Positions 40,657 to 49,642 of a stretch of DNA of 64,000 nt are shown piece by piece. This DNA is from Acidobacteriaceae bacterium (GTDB taxonomy: Bacteria > Acidobacteriota > Terriglobia > Terriglobales > Acidobacteriaceae). The translations under genes were made by a program, and so were the position numbers. The stretch's first letter is position 1, and each line of letters begins with the position of its first letter. The DNA lies in NCBI GenBank assembly GCA_030038195.1, contig JASHPJ010000132.1, positions 23,529 to 87,528 on the forward strand, read 5' to 3'. The notes beneath the pieces are model-generated. The model ran no database searches. It was given only the letters and a program-made list of their open reading frames with translations, and was not told the origin of the DNA.

Positions 40657-41099
40657 GCCCATCCAAGCCCACGTCGGTTGAAGTAAGGCTGCCCTCGCGC
40701 ATGGGCTATGAAAAAGTGGCTATGAGCGCCGCCGCAGCCGTGGCCAAGCTGGTAGGCTTTCGCGACGAGCGCATCGAGGACCTTAAGACTGCCGTGGCCG
40801 AGGCCTGCATCAATGCCATCGAGCACGGCAACCGGCTGAATGAGAAACTTTCCGTGGGCGTGGTGCTCTCGGCCGGCGAAGACGCCCTGGAAGTGAAGGT
40901 CATCGACGACGGCAAAGGCATCAAAAAGGAACCCGCCAAGCCGGACATCGACCGTAAGATGCACGGCGAGGAAGACCCGCGCGGCATGGGCATGTTCCTC
41001 ATCCAGGCGCTGGTGGACGAGGCCGAGTGGGTGGCCGGCTCCGACGGCAAAAGCAGCTACGTCCGCCTCGTCATCCGTCTCGACAAAGACGCGGAATAA
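40653..41099 (+). CDS. RsbW/SpoIIAB-type anti-sigma factor serine kinase
   Basis: AVAEACINAIEHGN, VIDDGKG and RGMGMFLI. Confidence 0.9.
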   Translation: MSPSKPTSVEVRLPSRMGYEKVAMSAAAAVAKLVGFRDERIEDLKTAVAEACINAIEHGNRLNEKLSVGVVLSAGEDALEVKVIDDGKGIKKEPAKPDIDRKMHGEEDPRGMGMFLIQALVDEAEWVAGSDGKSSYVRLVIRLDKDAE

Positions 41100-41140
41100 A
41101 ATTGACTTAGGCTAAAGAGAATCGGGGAGGCAATCGACAC

Positions 41141-41500
41141 GTGCAGAGCGAAACCAAGTCGCGCATTGACCAGCTAACCACACCGGCCGGCCATTCCGTC
41201 GCCGTCCTGCGCTTTGAGGGCGATATCGCCAGCACGTCAAAGGACGCGGTGCTGGGCGCCTACCAGTCTCTGCCCAAGTCCACCACCAGGCTCATCCTGC
41301 TCGACTTCACCAGGGTCGACTACATTAACTCGAGCGGCATCGCGCTGGTGATCCAGTTGCTCATCGAAGCCTCCAACTCCGACCAGAAGGTTTATGCTTT
41401 CGGCCTCTCGGCGCACTTCACCAAGGTCTTCACCATGGTGGGCATCACCAAGTACGCGCAACTGTTCACCAGCGAGCAAGAGGCGCTGGCGGCGCTGTAA
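41141..41500 (+). CDS. STAS-domain anti-sigma factor antagonist (RsbV/SpoIIAA-like)
   Basis: LLDFTRVDYINSSGIALV with the phosphorylatable Ser. GTG start after GGAGG. Confidence 0.9.
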   Translation: MQSETKSRIDQLTTPAGHSVAVLRFEGDIASTSKDAVLGAYQSLPKSTTRLILLDFTRVDYINSSGIALVIQLLIEASNSDQKVYAFGLSAHFTKVFTMVGITKYAQLFTSEQEALAAL

Positions 41501-41569
41501 ATCCACCCGAAAAAATCCCCGGTATTCTGCTGTGTATACAATTGTGCTGACATAATTCAGGTGGCTCGC

Positions 41570-41947
41570 ATGCCAATACTCAATAAAAAGTCGACCGCCG
41601 TAAACCAGCCGACGGCAACCGCGTACCGCGGCCGGCAGACCAAAACCGGAAATTCCTCCGATTTTCGCTTTGAAGGAGCCTTGTTCAAAAGCTATCCAGA
41701 GTTTAACGGTGAGGTAAAAGCTCATGTCATTGCGCTTGGCCGCATGCCGGTAACGGCTGAGAGTGAACCCCACGAACGAACTGATCCTGTCATGGCGTCT
41801 TTCCTCGCCTTTCTCGCGCAGGATATTGCCAGCCATCCCAAGAAGGTGTTGCCGCTCGATGAGAAGCTGATGAGGCGCGCGACGAAGTTGACGAAGGGTA
41901 TCGTCGTCCATTCCGACGAAGACCTCGGCGACCTGGATATCCTGTAG
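41570..41947 (+). CDS. prlF: PrlF (SohA)-family antitoxin
   Basis: AbrB-like N-terminus (KTGNS) and C-terminal DPVMASFLAFLAQDIASHP. Followed by a yhaV remnant. Confidence 0.75.
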   Translation: MPILNKKSTAVNQPTATAYRGRQTKTGNSSDFRFEGALFKSYPEFNGEVKAHVIALGRMPVTAESEPHERTDPVMASFLAFLAQDIASHPKKVLPLDEKLMRRATKLTKGIVVHSDEDLGDLDIL

Positions 41948-41961
41948 CTGCTCGCAAAGAG

Positions 41962-42230
41962 ATGATTGTCAACGGCTGGCGACTGTATGCTCATCCGCTC
42001 TTCGAGCATCGGCTCCGGCGTCTCGTCCAACAGAGCGATATCGCCTTTCCTTTCGCTTTTCAAGCAAAGAAAAAGTGATCGTTGATGCCTGGGTGAATGA
42101 CGAAAAGACGTTGCGCAAGTATGGCTCAAAGACTGATCCCTACGCCGTATTCCGGGCCATGCTTGAATCCGGCGATCCACCACAAGCAATGGAGCAGTTG
42201 CTATCACGATCCAAAGAAATAAAGGACTGA
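41962..42230 (+). pseudogene. yhaV: YhaV-family toxin (RelE-superfamily RNase) with internal deletion and frameshift
   Basis: First frame gives MIVNGWRLYAHPLF. After ~42035 a different frame gives RYRLSFRFSSKEKVIVDAWVNDEKTLRKYGSKTDPYAVFRAMLESGDPP. These match the YhaV N- and C-termini with the middle missing. Confidence 0.85.
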
Positions 42231-42253
42231 GCGTCGGCGCGTAAAATGCCCGT

Positions 42254-43462
42254 ATGAACCTCGACGCGATCCAGTCCGCCCTGCGCGACTCCAACCTCGA
42301 CGGCTGGCTCTTCTACGATCACCATCACCGCGATCCCATCGCCGCGCGCATCCTGGGCCTCGATCCCAAGGCGCACATCACCCGGCGCTGGTATTACTTC
42401 ATTCCCGCCAGCGGCGAGCCGCGCAAGCTCGCGCACCGCGTGGAGCGGGGCCGGCTGGACGCGCTGCCCGGCGCGAAGACACTCTACTCAAGCTGGCAGG
42501 AGCTGCATGCAGGCATCGAGACAATGCTCGTTGGCGCGCGGCGCATCGCCATGCAGTACTCGCCCAACAACGACATCATGTACGTATCGATGGTCGATGC
42601 GGGCACGGTCGAGTTCCTGCGCTCGCTCGGCAAGCAGATCGTGAGCTCCGCCGATCTGGTCAGCCAGTTCGAGGCCGTGCTGAGCGCAGGCCAGGTGGCC
42701 AGCCACGCCGCCGCACAGCAGGCCATCGATGCCATCCTGGCCGAGGGCTGGAAGGAGATGGGCCGGCGGGTGCGGCCGGGCACGGCCAGCGTATCCGAGT
42801 ACGACATGGTGGTCTGGCTCAGAGAGGCCATGCGCCGCGAGGGCCTGGTGTGGGAGAGCGGCCCCAACGTGAGCGCCAACGCCAACAGCTCCGACTCGCA
42901 CTACGAGCCGGCAGCCGAAAAATCCGCGCCCATCCGCGAAGGCGACTTTGTGCTCATCGACATCTGGGGCCGCCAGGATTCGAATCGTGATCCGAATCAT
43001 GACCCGAATACCGATTCGCCCGGCACTATCTTTTACGACATCACCTGGACCGGCGTCGTAGGTCGCGAGCCCTCCGCGCGCGAGCAGCAGGTCTTCGAGA
43101 CCGTGCGCAACGCGCGTGACGCGGCTATTGCCGCCGTCGAGTCCGCCTTCGCAGAGGGCCGCCCGATTTGCGGCTTCGAGGCCGACGACGCGGCCCGCGC
43201 CGTGATTCGCGCCGCCGGCTTTGGCGAATCTTTCACGCACCGCACGGGGCATAATATCGCGCAGGAGCTGCACGGCAACGGCGCGCACCTCGACAACCTC
43301 GAGACCCACGACGACCGGCGCATCCTGCCCAACACCTGCTTCTCCGTCGAGCCCGGCATCTACCTGCCCGAGTTTGGTGTGCGCAGCGAAGTGAATATGC
43401 TTACTGTTCCCGGCAAAGCCTGGGTGACCGGAAAGATTCAGCGGGAGCTGGTGAGGATTTAG
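42254..43462 (+). CDS. M24-family (Xaa-Pro) aminopeptidase
   Basis: Metal ligands in LIDIWG...YDITWT, HRTGH, SVEPGIY and RSE. Confidence 0.9.
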   Translation: MNLDAIQSALRDSNLDGWLFYDHHHRDPIAARILGLDPKAHITRRWYYFIPASGEPRKLAHRVERGRLDALPGAKTLYSSWQELHAGIETMLVGARRIAMQYSPNNDIMYVSMVDAGTVEFLRSLGKQIVSSADLVSQFEAVLSAGQVASHAAAQQAIDAILAEGWKEMGRRVRPGTASVSEYDMVVWLREAMRREGLVWESGPNVSANANSSDSHYEPAAEKSAPIREGDFVLIDIWGRQDSNRDPNHDPNTDSPGTIFYDITWTGVVGREPSAREQQVFETVRNARDAAIAAVESAFAEGRPICGFEADDAARAVIRAAGFGESFTHRTGHNIAQELHGNGAHLDNLETHDDRRILPNTCFSVEPGIYLPEFGVRSEVNMLTVPGKAWVTGKIQRELVRI

Positions 43463-43575
43463 AGCAGTTCCAGGGTTGCTCTATCCCGGAGCCGTTGCGG
43501 TGGAGTGGTTTTTTCTCTCAAGAAAAAAGCCGCCTTGCTCGATGGCAAAAGGGCACACAAACTCTGGAACTGCTC
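43462..43575. mobile_element. 114-bp MITE-like element (type E, uninterrupted)
   Basis: TIR GAGCAGTTCCAGGGTT / AACTCTGGAACTGCTC (15/16). Left flank TA is within the TAG stop; right flank is not TA. Collinear with the reverse complement of the outer element at 55262-55530. Confidence 0.72.
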
Positions 43576-43627
43576 CCGGCAAACACATCGCACTAAAACC
43601 GCGTCTTTACCGGCAGAGGATGTGCGC

Positions 43628-44884
43628 ATGAGCAAGACGGCATGGCTGCTTAGTCTGTTGGGCTGCGCCGGACTGGCGGCGCAGACGGTTCCGATGGCCA
43701 CCGATCTGCCCAGCCAGCCGTTCTTCATCAAGACCACCTGGTACATTGGCGGCGCCGGCAACTGGGATTACCTCACCATGGACCCGCAGGCCGGCCGCCT
43801 CTACATCGCGCATGGAACTGCCATGCAGGTGGTCGATGTCAACTCCGGTACGCTGGTGGGAGAGATCGACAACTTTTATGAAGCACGCCAGATCGCGCTT
43901 GACGACACCGGCCAGTTCGGCTTTGTGAGCGACGGAGGCCAGGGCAAGGTCGTCGTCTTCGACCGCCAGACCCTCAAAAAAGTCGCCGAGATCGACACCG
44001 GTCCCAACCCGCGCTCGCTGGTCTACGACCCCAACACCCGGCTGCTCTTCGCCGTGCGCGCCAATCCGCCGGTCGAGCCCCCTGCCGCCCAGGTAGGCCC
44101 CCGGCGCGCTCCATCCAGGGAAGAACCGCCTTCTGTGCCCGGCACGCAGTCCTTCATCACCGTTATCGACACCGAGTCCGACGCCGCGATTGGCGAGATC
44201 ATTCTTCCCGGCCTGCTCGGCTTTGCCGTCGGCGACCAGACCGGGCAGATTTACGTGGCCGTCACCGACCGCAACCAGGTCTTCCGCTTCGATGCGCCGG
44301 CCGTCGACGCGCTGCTGCGTCCGCAATCGGCAGAAAACACTGCGTCTGCAACGGCGAGCCCGGCAAAAGCCGCCGCTCCCTGGGTCTCGCTCGACTGGAC
44401 CGGCCGCCAGCGCCCGCAAACCGCGGCGGAAGGTCATCTGACCGCTTTCAGCCTGGGCCCCGAATGCTCTAACCCCACCAGCCTGGCCGTGGACAACGCG
44501 CACATCCGTCTCTTTGCCGCCTGCAACAACCGCAGGCTGATTGTGCTCAACGCCGGCACCGGCGATAAAGTTACGTCCCTGCCCATCGGCCCCGGCGTGG
44601 AGGCGGTAGGCTACGATAGCGAGCGCGGGCTGATTTTCACCGCCAATGGCGCAGCCGAAGGCAGTATAACGATCATTCGCCAGGATGTGACGGACTCCTA
44701 CGCCGTGATCCAGACGCTGCCCACGCGTCAGCGCGCCAGCACCCTGGCCGTCAACCCCGAAACCGGCGCCGTGTATCTGGTAACGGATTATCTGGGCGTG
44801 GATCTCGACCGCCCCGGCGGCATCGGCACGCTGGTGCAGACGCCAGTCAAAGGCAGCTTCCAGGTGCTGCAGGTGGGGAATTGA
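43628..44884 (+). CDS. Secreted YncE/YVTN-type beta-propeller protein
   Basis: Signal peptide, GNWDYLTMDPQAGRLYIAH, repeated beta-propeller blades and QTLPTRQRASTLAVNP. Confidence 0.8.
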   Translation: MSKTAWLLSLLGCAGLAAQTVPMATDLPSQPFFIKTTWYIGGAGNWDYLTMDPQAGRLYIAHGTAMQVVDVNSGTLVGEIDNFYEARQIALDDTGQFGFVSDGGQGKVVVFDRQTLKKVAEIDTGPNPRSLVYDPNTRLLFAVRANPPVEPPAAQVGPRRAPSREEPPSVPGTQSFITVIDTESDAAIGEIILPGLLGFAVGDQTGQIYVAVTDRNQVFRFDAPAVDALLRPQSAENTASATASPAKAAAPWVSLDWTGRQRPQTAAEGHLTAFSLGPECSNPTSLAVDNAHIRLFAACNNRRLIVLNAGTGDKVTSLPIGPGVEAVGYDSERGLIFTANGAAEGSITIIRQDVTDSYAVIQTLPTRQRASTLAVNPETGAVYLVTDYLGVDLDRPGGIGTLVQTPVKGSFQVLQVGN

Positions 44885-44891
44885 AAAGGGC

Positions 44892-45028
44892 AGGGAGTAG
44901 GGAATAGGGAACAGAAAACCTTCGTGCTGCAATCCACTGCATCAACTTTCGCAAGTCCACCCAAGACGACTGGCCCTCCGTGCCATTGAGGGTTCTTCCC
45001 TATTCCCTATTCCCTGTCGTTCCCTACT
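44892..45028. repeat. Inverted arrays of heptamer tandem repeats (AGGGAAT/C)
   Basis: AGGGAGT-AGGGAAT-AGGGAAC at 44892-44912 and the complementary TTCCCTA arrays at 44996-45028, between convergent genes. Confidence 0.7.
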
Positions 45029-45920
45029 TCTGCGGCGTTTGCCCGCCCGTCTGCCTGCCGTTCGGCTGCTGGCTGTTGTTGGTAATATCCTGCCCGTCGT
45101 AAATAATCTTTGTGGTCGAGCCGAAGCGCTTGTAGTCTGTGTACTTGACGACGTCGCGGATGTGCACGTCCTGGGCCATGTAGCCGTAGCCACCGCTGAA
45201 GTGCAGAACGCCTTCTCCCTTGGTATACACCGGGAACCAGTAGTGGCCGTCAACCTGCTGCCGCCAGGTCATGAACGGCGGATGCAGGTCTTCCTGGCCT
45301 TTTTTCGTATCGTCGGGCACCATGCGGCCGTCGGTCACCACGATCTGCAGGTCGGTCGCGTCCACCCAGATGCGCCCGTCCAGGTAGCGCTTGTGCTTCT
45401 CGATCACCTTGGGAGTCACGTCGAAAACGTAGCAGTCCACCTCGTCCACGCGCTGCCGGCCCACGTACTTGATGTCGTACTCGGGCACGTCGGCCGTGGT
45501 CAGCACAAACGGGTATCCGTGCTGGATGTCCTGGAGATCGGAGGGCGACATCATCACCCGGGTCAGCGTGCTGGCCGGGGCGTAAACCACCTTCTCTGTG
45601 CGCGCGCCGGAGGGGTCGAAGATGACGTCGTCCACCTCGTACCACTCGCCATCCACCTTGCCGTCGTCGTCGATGGTCTGCACGCGGGCCACGCGCCGGT
45701 AGGTGTAGTGGTTCAGCGCGTCCTGAAACTCGGTTTCCTTGGCGGCGAACTGCTTGATGATCTGGTCCACGGGAATGGAAGGCTGGGAGAGATCCATCCG
45801 CCCGAATCCGGCGTCGAGCGGCATCGGCGTAAAGCTGTCCTTGCCCTGCGCCGCGCCGCTGCCAGGCGCGCTTGCCAGCGCAAGCAACCAAAAGAGCGCC
45901 ATCCATCCGCGATTCCGCAT
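45024..45920 (-). CDS. Conserved secreted protein (possible LolA/MucB-like fold)
   Basis: Signal peptide and YVGRQRVDEVDCYVFDVTP...GRIWVD pattern. Confidence 0.65.
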   Translation of the reverse strand: MRNRGWMALFWLLALASAPGSGAAQGKDSFTPMPLDAGFGRMDLSQPSIPVDQIIKQFAAKETEFQDALNHYTYRRVARVQTIDDDGKVDGEWYEVDDVIFDPSGARTEKVVYAPASTLTRVMMSPSDLQDIQHGYPFVLTTADVPEYDIKYVGRQRVDEVDCYVFDVTPKVIEKHKRYLDGRIWVDATDLQIVVTDGRMVPDDTKKGQEDLHPPFMTWRQQVDGHYWFPVYTKGEGVLHFSGGYGYMAQDVHIRDVVKYTDYKRFGSTTKIIYDGQDITNNSQQPNGRQTGGQTPQK

Positions 45921-46205
45921 CAACCTTCCTCCCTCCGTGGCCAGCCGCACACGATTCAATCAGTAAGAGCCGGCTGCGCGCAAATTTGTTGCCCCTCTGC
46001 CACTTTAGACGGATATCCGGCGGCAGAGGGATTGAAGAATTTAATATGGAGTTTACCGCCTTGCTGCTGCCGTAGACTCTCCTCAAGGCAGGCCGGGAAC
46101 CGCTGCACGCTGGACCTCGGGCTCGCATCTTCCGGCATCAACGGGTCAGGCAGCGTCAAGCTCAGCATTTTTCGCTCATTGGACGGAAGGGGAACTCCGG
46201 CTCGC

Positions 46206-48266
46206 ATGCACGATTATTACCACGCTCCAGCGTCGATCCTCACCGCGCTTCTGCTGCCGGCGTTCGGGTACCTCTACCTGCGCTACCGCGACGCGCGCAC
46301 GCTGCTGTGGTTTCTGGGCTTTCTCTTTTCCATGTTCGCCATGCTGACGTTCTATGCCACCGGCTGGTGGGGCATCTGGCCGGTGCGCAGCCCGTGGGGA
46401 ATGACCGCAGGACAAACCTCACTGCAAATCAGCGCAGCGCTGTTTCTGGCCTCGCTTTCGCCGCTTCGCTTTCGGGTCGGCCGGTTCCATGTCTGGTACG
46501 TAGTTCCCTACACGCTCCCGCTGGTAGCCTGCTCCATCGTGTTTTATGGCGTATTCCGGGGGGCTGAGCCCAAGGGGCCGGTCGACCTGGTCTTCCCCGC
46601 GCTGGGGCTCGTTTGCTTCATCACGGCTATTTTTTGGGGCGCGCAAAAGAACATCATGCCCGCTTGGCTTGGCATCTCAGCCACGGCGCTGCTGGGCGGC
46701 CTGGTCCTGTGGGGCCTGTTTGCGCTGGGAGTGGGCTGGGCGCTCACCTTTGTCGAGTGCGCCAACTTTCTGATGACCGCCCTGCTCATGGTGTTCGCGT
46801 TCCGGCGCTTCTCGCCGGGCCTGCTGCTGAGCGTGACCGGCTTGCTGGCGTGGTCACTCTATGCATTGCAGGCAGTTCCGGCCATCGCTGGCGATGCCAC
46901 CGCCGACATGAACCTGATTCGCATCGTCGTGATGGCCAAGGTGGTGGCGGCGCTGGGGATGATCCTGCTTACGCTCGAGGACGAGCTGAACCTGAACAAG
47001 GCAGCCCGGGAACGCGAGCGCCGCGCCCGCCGCGAGCTCGAAGCCTACGCCAAGCTCATGATCTCCCGCCGCCGGGTAGACGACTTCGACCGCCAGGGCA
47101 CGGAGATTTGCGAAATCGTGGTCGAAAACAGCCGTTTTGCGCAAGCTGCGCTGTTGCTGCACAGCTCCGGCCGCTACCGCCTGGCCGGCTCCGCCGGTCT
47201 GGACGCAGCCACCGCCAAGGCGCTCGCCGACATGGCCGCGCGCATTCCCGCCACCGGCTTTCTGGCGCCCGGCTCGGTCCCGCCCGCCGTGGAGCAGACG
47301 CAGACCGTGCGGCTCGACCTGACCCCCTGGCTCTGGCCCGGCGACGATCTCAAGCGGCTGCACTTTACCTCGGTGCTGGCCGTGCCCATGACCAGCCGCT
47401 CGTCGATCGAGGGCGCGCTGCTGCTCTCCGGTCTGCGCCCGCTCGCCGGCAAGCCCGCCGCAGCGGGCAGGCGCTCTGAGCCCGAGCCGCTCCGCGCAGA
47501 CGACCTGCTGCCCATCGAGCTGCTGGTGGGCCGCTTGCAGGCCACGCGCAACCAGACCATGATGTTCGAGAAGCTCATCGATTCGGAGAAGTTCGCGCAC
47601 CTGGGCCAGCTTGCAGGCAACGTGAGCCAGCAGTTGAACAATCCGCTCACCGTGGTGCTGGGCTACGCTTCCCTGCTGGAGGAGACATCGTCACTGGACG
47701 CGCCGGACCGCAAGGCGGTGGGGGCCATCCTGGCCGAGGCCCGGCACATGCGCTCCACGCTCGAGAGCCTGGCCCGCATCTCGCGGCCCTACGGCGACGA
47801 GCTGGCCGCCATTTCGGTGGCCGAGCTGCTCAGCGACATGGGCGAGCTGCACCGCACCGAGTTCCTGCGCCGCTCCATCGAGTTCCGGCTCAGCATTGCG
47901 CCGGCTCTGCCGCGGGTCCTGTGCAGCGCGCAGCAGCTTCGCCAAGCCGTGCGCCACTGCCTGCAGTTCGCCATGGACGCAGTGGATCCCCCCACACCCA
48001 CCCCCAGCGACGAGCTAAAGACCATCCGCCTGGAAGCCGCCAGCGAGGGCAACCTGGTGCAGATTCTGGTGGGCCACTCCGGTCCCGGATTCCCCAATCC
48101 CGAGCGCGCGTTCGATCCCTTCGCCTCAGCCAGCGCGGAGGGCGAAGCCGCCAGCCTGGGCCTCAGCCTTTGCGCCACCATCCTGCGCGACAACAACGGC
48201 CGCGCGCTGGCTGTGAACCTCGAGCCGCAGGGCGCCGCTATCATCCTCGAGCTGCGCGCGGCCTGA
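46206..48266 (+). CDS. Multi-TM sensor with degenerate HisKA/HATPase module (pseudo-histidine kinase)
   Basis: About 8 TM helices, GAF-like middle, H-box LGQLAGNVSQQLNNPL lacking His, eroded N/G1/G2 boxes. Confidence 0.75.
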   Translation: MHDYYHAPASILTALLLPAFGYLYLRYRDARTLLWFLGFLFSMFAMLTFYATGWWGIWPVRSPWGMTAGQTSLQISAALFLASLSPLRFRVGRFHVWYVVPYTLPLVACSIVFYGVFRGAEPKGPVDLVFPALGLVCFITAIFWGAQKNIMPAWLGISATALLGGLVLWGLFALGVGWALTFVECANFLMTALLMVFAFRRFSPGLLLSVTGLLAWSLYALQAVPAIAGDATADMNLIRIVVMAKVVAALGMILLTLEDELNLNKAARERERRARRELEAYAKLMISRRRVDDFDRQGTEICEIVVENSRFAQAALLLHSSGRYRLAGSAGLDAATAKALADMAARIPATGFLAPGSVPPAVEQTQTVRLDLTPWLWPGDDLKRLHFTSVLAVPMTSRSSIEGALLLSGLRPLAGKPAAAGRRSEPEPLRADDLLPIELLVGRLQATRNQTMMFEKLIDSEKFAHLGQLAGNVSQQLNNPLTVVLGYASLLEETSSLDAPDRKAVGAILAEARHMRSTLESLARISRPYGDELAAISVAELLSDMGELHRTEFLRRSIEFRLSIAPALPRVLCSAQQLRQAVRHCLQFAMDAVDPPTPTPSDELKTIRLEAASEGNLVQILVGHSGPGFPNPERAFDPFASASAEGEAASLGLSLCATILRDNNGRALAVNLEPQGAAIILELRAA

Positions 48267-48421
48267 TCTCCTCCTTTTCTTTCACATTGCCTGCCTGCTT
48301 CAAAATAGGCTACCCGGCCGGCGCAGGCAGGAGACTCCGTTTGCGCAGGAGCGGCCATGTGACCAAAGTCGCTGCGGCCCCGGCCGGCTGTCATTAGGCT
48401 TCGAGTTGAAGGAGTGGGAAG

Positions 48422-49519
48422 ATGGCCACGGTGATTGCTGCTGGGACGATCACACCCCGCGCGCCCAGGAAGAAGCTCGACCGGCGTAGCACGCCTGACC
48501 GGTCGCAGCGCATCCGGCACGCGGTGCAGTGGCTGTTCGTCGCGCTGAACCTGTGGATTGGCGCGCAGTTCTTTCTGTGGGTGCGCTTTTTCGAGCGCGG
48601 GGCCACGGGCTTCTACGTGCCGCGTCCTGCCGGCGTGGAGGGGTGGCTGCCCATCGCCGGACTGATGAACGCCAAATACCTTTTTCTCACCGGCCGTGTG
48701 CCGGCCATCCATCCGGCGGCGATGTACCTGTTCCTGGGCTTCCTGTTGATGAGCTTGCTGCTCAAAAAAGCATTTTGTGGATGGCTTTGCCCGGTGGGAA
48801 CGCTCGCAGAGAGCCTGTGGAGGGCTGGCCGCCGCGTCTTTGGGCGCAATCTGCGCCTGTACCGGTGGCTGGACGTGCCGCTGCGCGGACTCAAGTACCT
48901 GTTGTTGGGCTTTTTCCTGTGGATCATCGGCGGCATGTCTGCAGAGATGCTTGAAGGGTTCATGGCCACGCCCTACGGCCTGGTTGCCGACGTCAAAATG
49001 CTGAATTTCTTCCGGGACATCGGCCTCACGGCGGCCATCGTGGTGGGTTTGCTGGCGCTGCTCTCCATGCTGGTCCAGAACTTCTGGTGCCGCTATCTGT
49101 GTCCCTACGGGGCGCTGCTGGGCCTGGCCTCGCTGTTCAGCCCGGTCAAGATACGGCGCGATGCAGAGGCCTGCATCGACTGCGGAAAATGCGCGCGCGC
49201 CTGCCCGGCCGGCCTGCCCGTCGACCGGCTCGTGCAGATCCGCTCAGCGGAGTGCAGCGCCTGCATGGCCTGCGTGGCCGCCTGCCCGGCTGAGAACGCG
49301 CTCCAGTTCGCCCTGCCCCCACGCAAGACAGCCGCGCTGCGGCAGCGGTGGTATCGCCGCGCGCTGGGACCAGTAGCAGTCACCGCGGTTCTGGCTTACA
49401 TCTTCCTGGGAGCCGTGCTGCTGGCGCACGCCACCAACCACTGGCAAACCAACATCCCGCAGGCGATCTACGCGCGCCTGGTGCCGCATATCGACCAGGT
49501 GACGCATCCCGGAATCTGA
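48422..49519 (+). CDS. Membrane polyferredoxin (NapH/MauN/RdxA-like 4Fe-4S binding protein)
   Basis: Two CGWLCP/CRYLCP motifs, plus CIDCGKCARACP and CSACMACVAACP. Confidence 0.88.
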   Translation: MATVIAAGTITPRAPRKKLDRRSTPDRSQRIRHAVQWLFVALNLWIGAQFFLWVRFFERGATGFYVPRPAGVEGWLPIAGLMNAKYLFLTGRVPAIHPAAMYLFLGFLLMSLLLKKAFCGWLCPVGTLAESLWRAGRRVFGRNLRLYRWLDVPLRGLKYLLLGFFLWIIGGMSAEMLEGFMATPYGLVADVKMLNFFRDIGLTAAIVVGLLALLSMLVQNFWCRYLCPYGALLGLASLFSPVKIRRDAEACIDCGKCARACPAGLPVDRLVQIRSAECSACMACVAACPAENALQFALPPRKTAALRQRWYRRALGPVAVTAVLAYIFLGAVLLAHATNHWQTNIPQAIYARLVPHIDQVTHPGI

Positions 49520-49546
49520 GCGGAGAAACGGGGCAATCGAACGTCA

Positions 49547-49642
49547 GAACCTGTTTAAAAACTTGATGTTTTGAAAGGGCACGGCTTTAGCCGTGCCCTT
49601 TCAAGGCGCTTGCCTTGCTTTGAAGAGTTTTTAAACAGGTTC
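49547..49642. mobile_element. 96-bp MITE-like element (type A) with internal REP hairpin
   Basis: Perfect 17-bp TIR GAACCTGTTTAAAAACT, TCA on both flanks (right TCA is the hemerythrin TGA stop), internal palindrome GAAAGGGCACGGCTTTAGCCGTGCCCTTTC. Confidence 0.88.

Noticed and set aside
45994-46031. 9-bp stem CCCTCTGCC...GGCAGAGGG in the spacer before the pseudo-kinase
   Set aside because: Single hairpin with a large loop and no recognisable RNA family motif; insufficient to call.
45039-46205. N-terminal ~390 aa of the 1075-aa ORF 45039..48266
   Set aside because: It is the antisense shadow of the real minus-strand gene 45024..45920 plus intergenic DNA. The protein-like TM sequence starts at ATG 46206.
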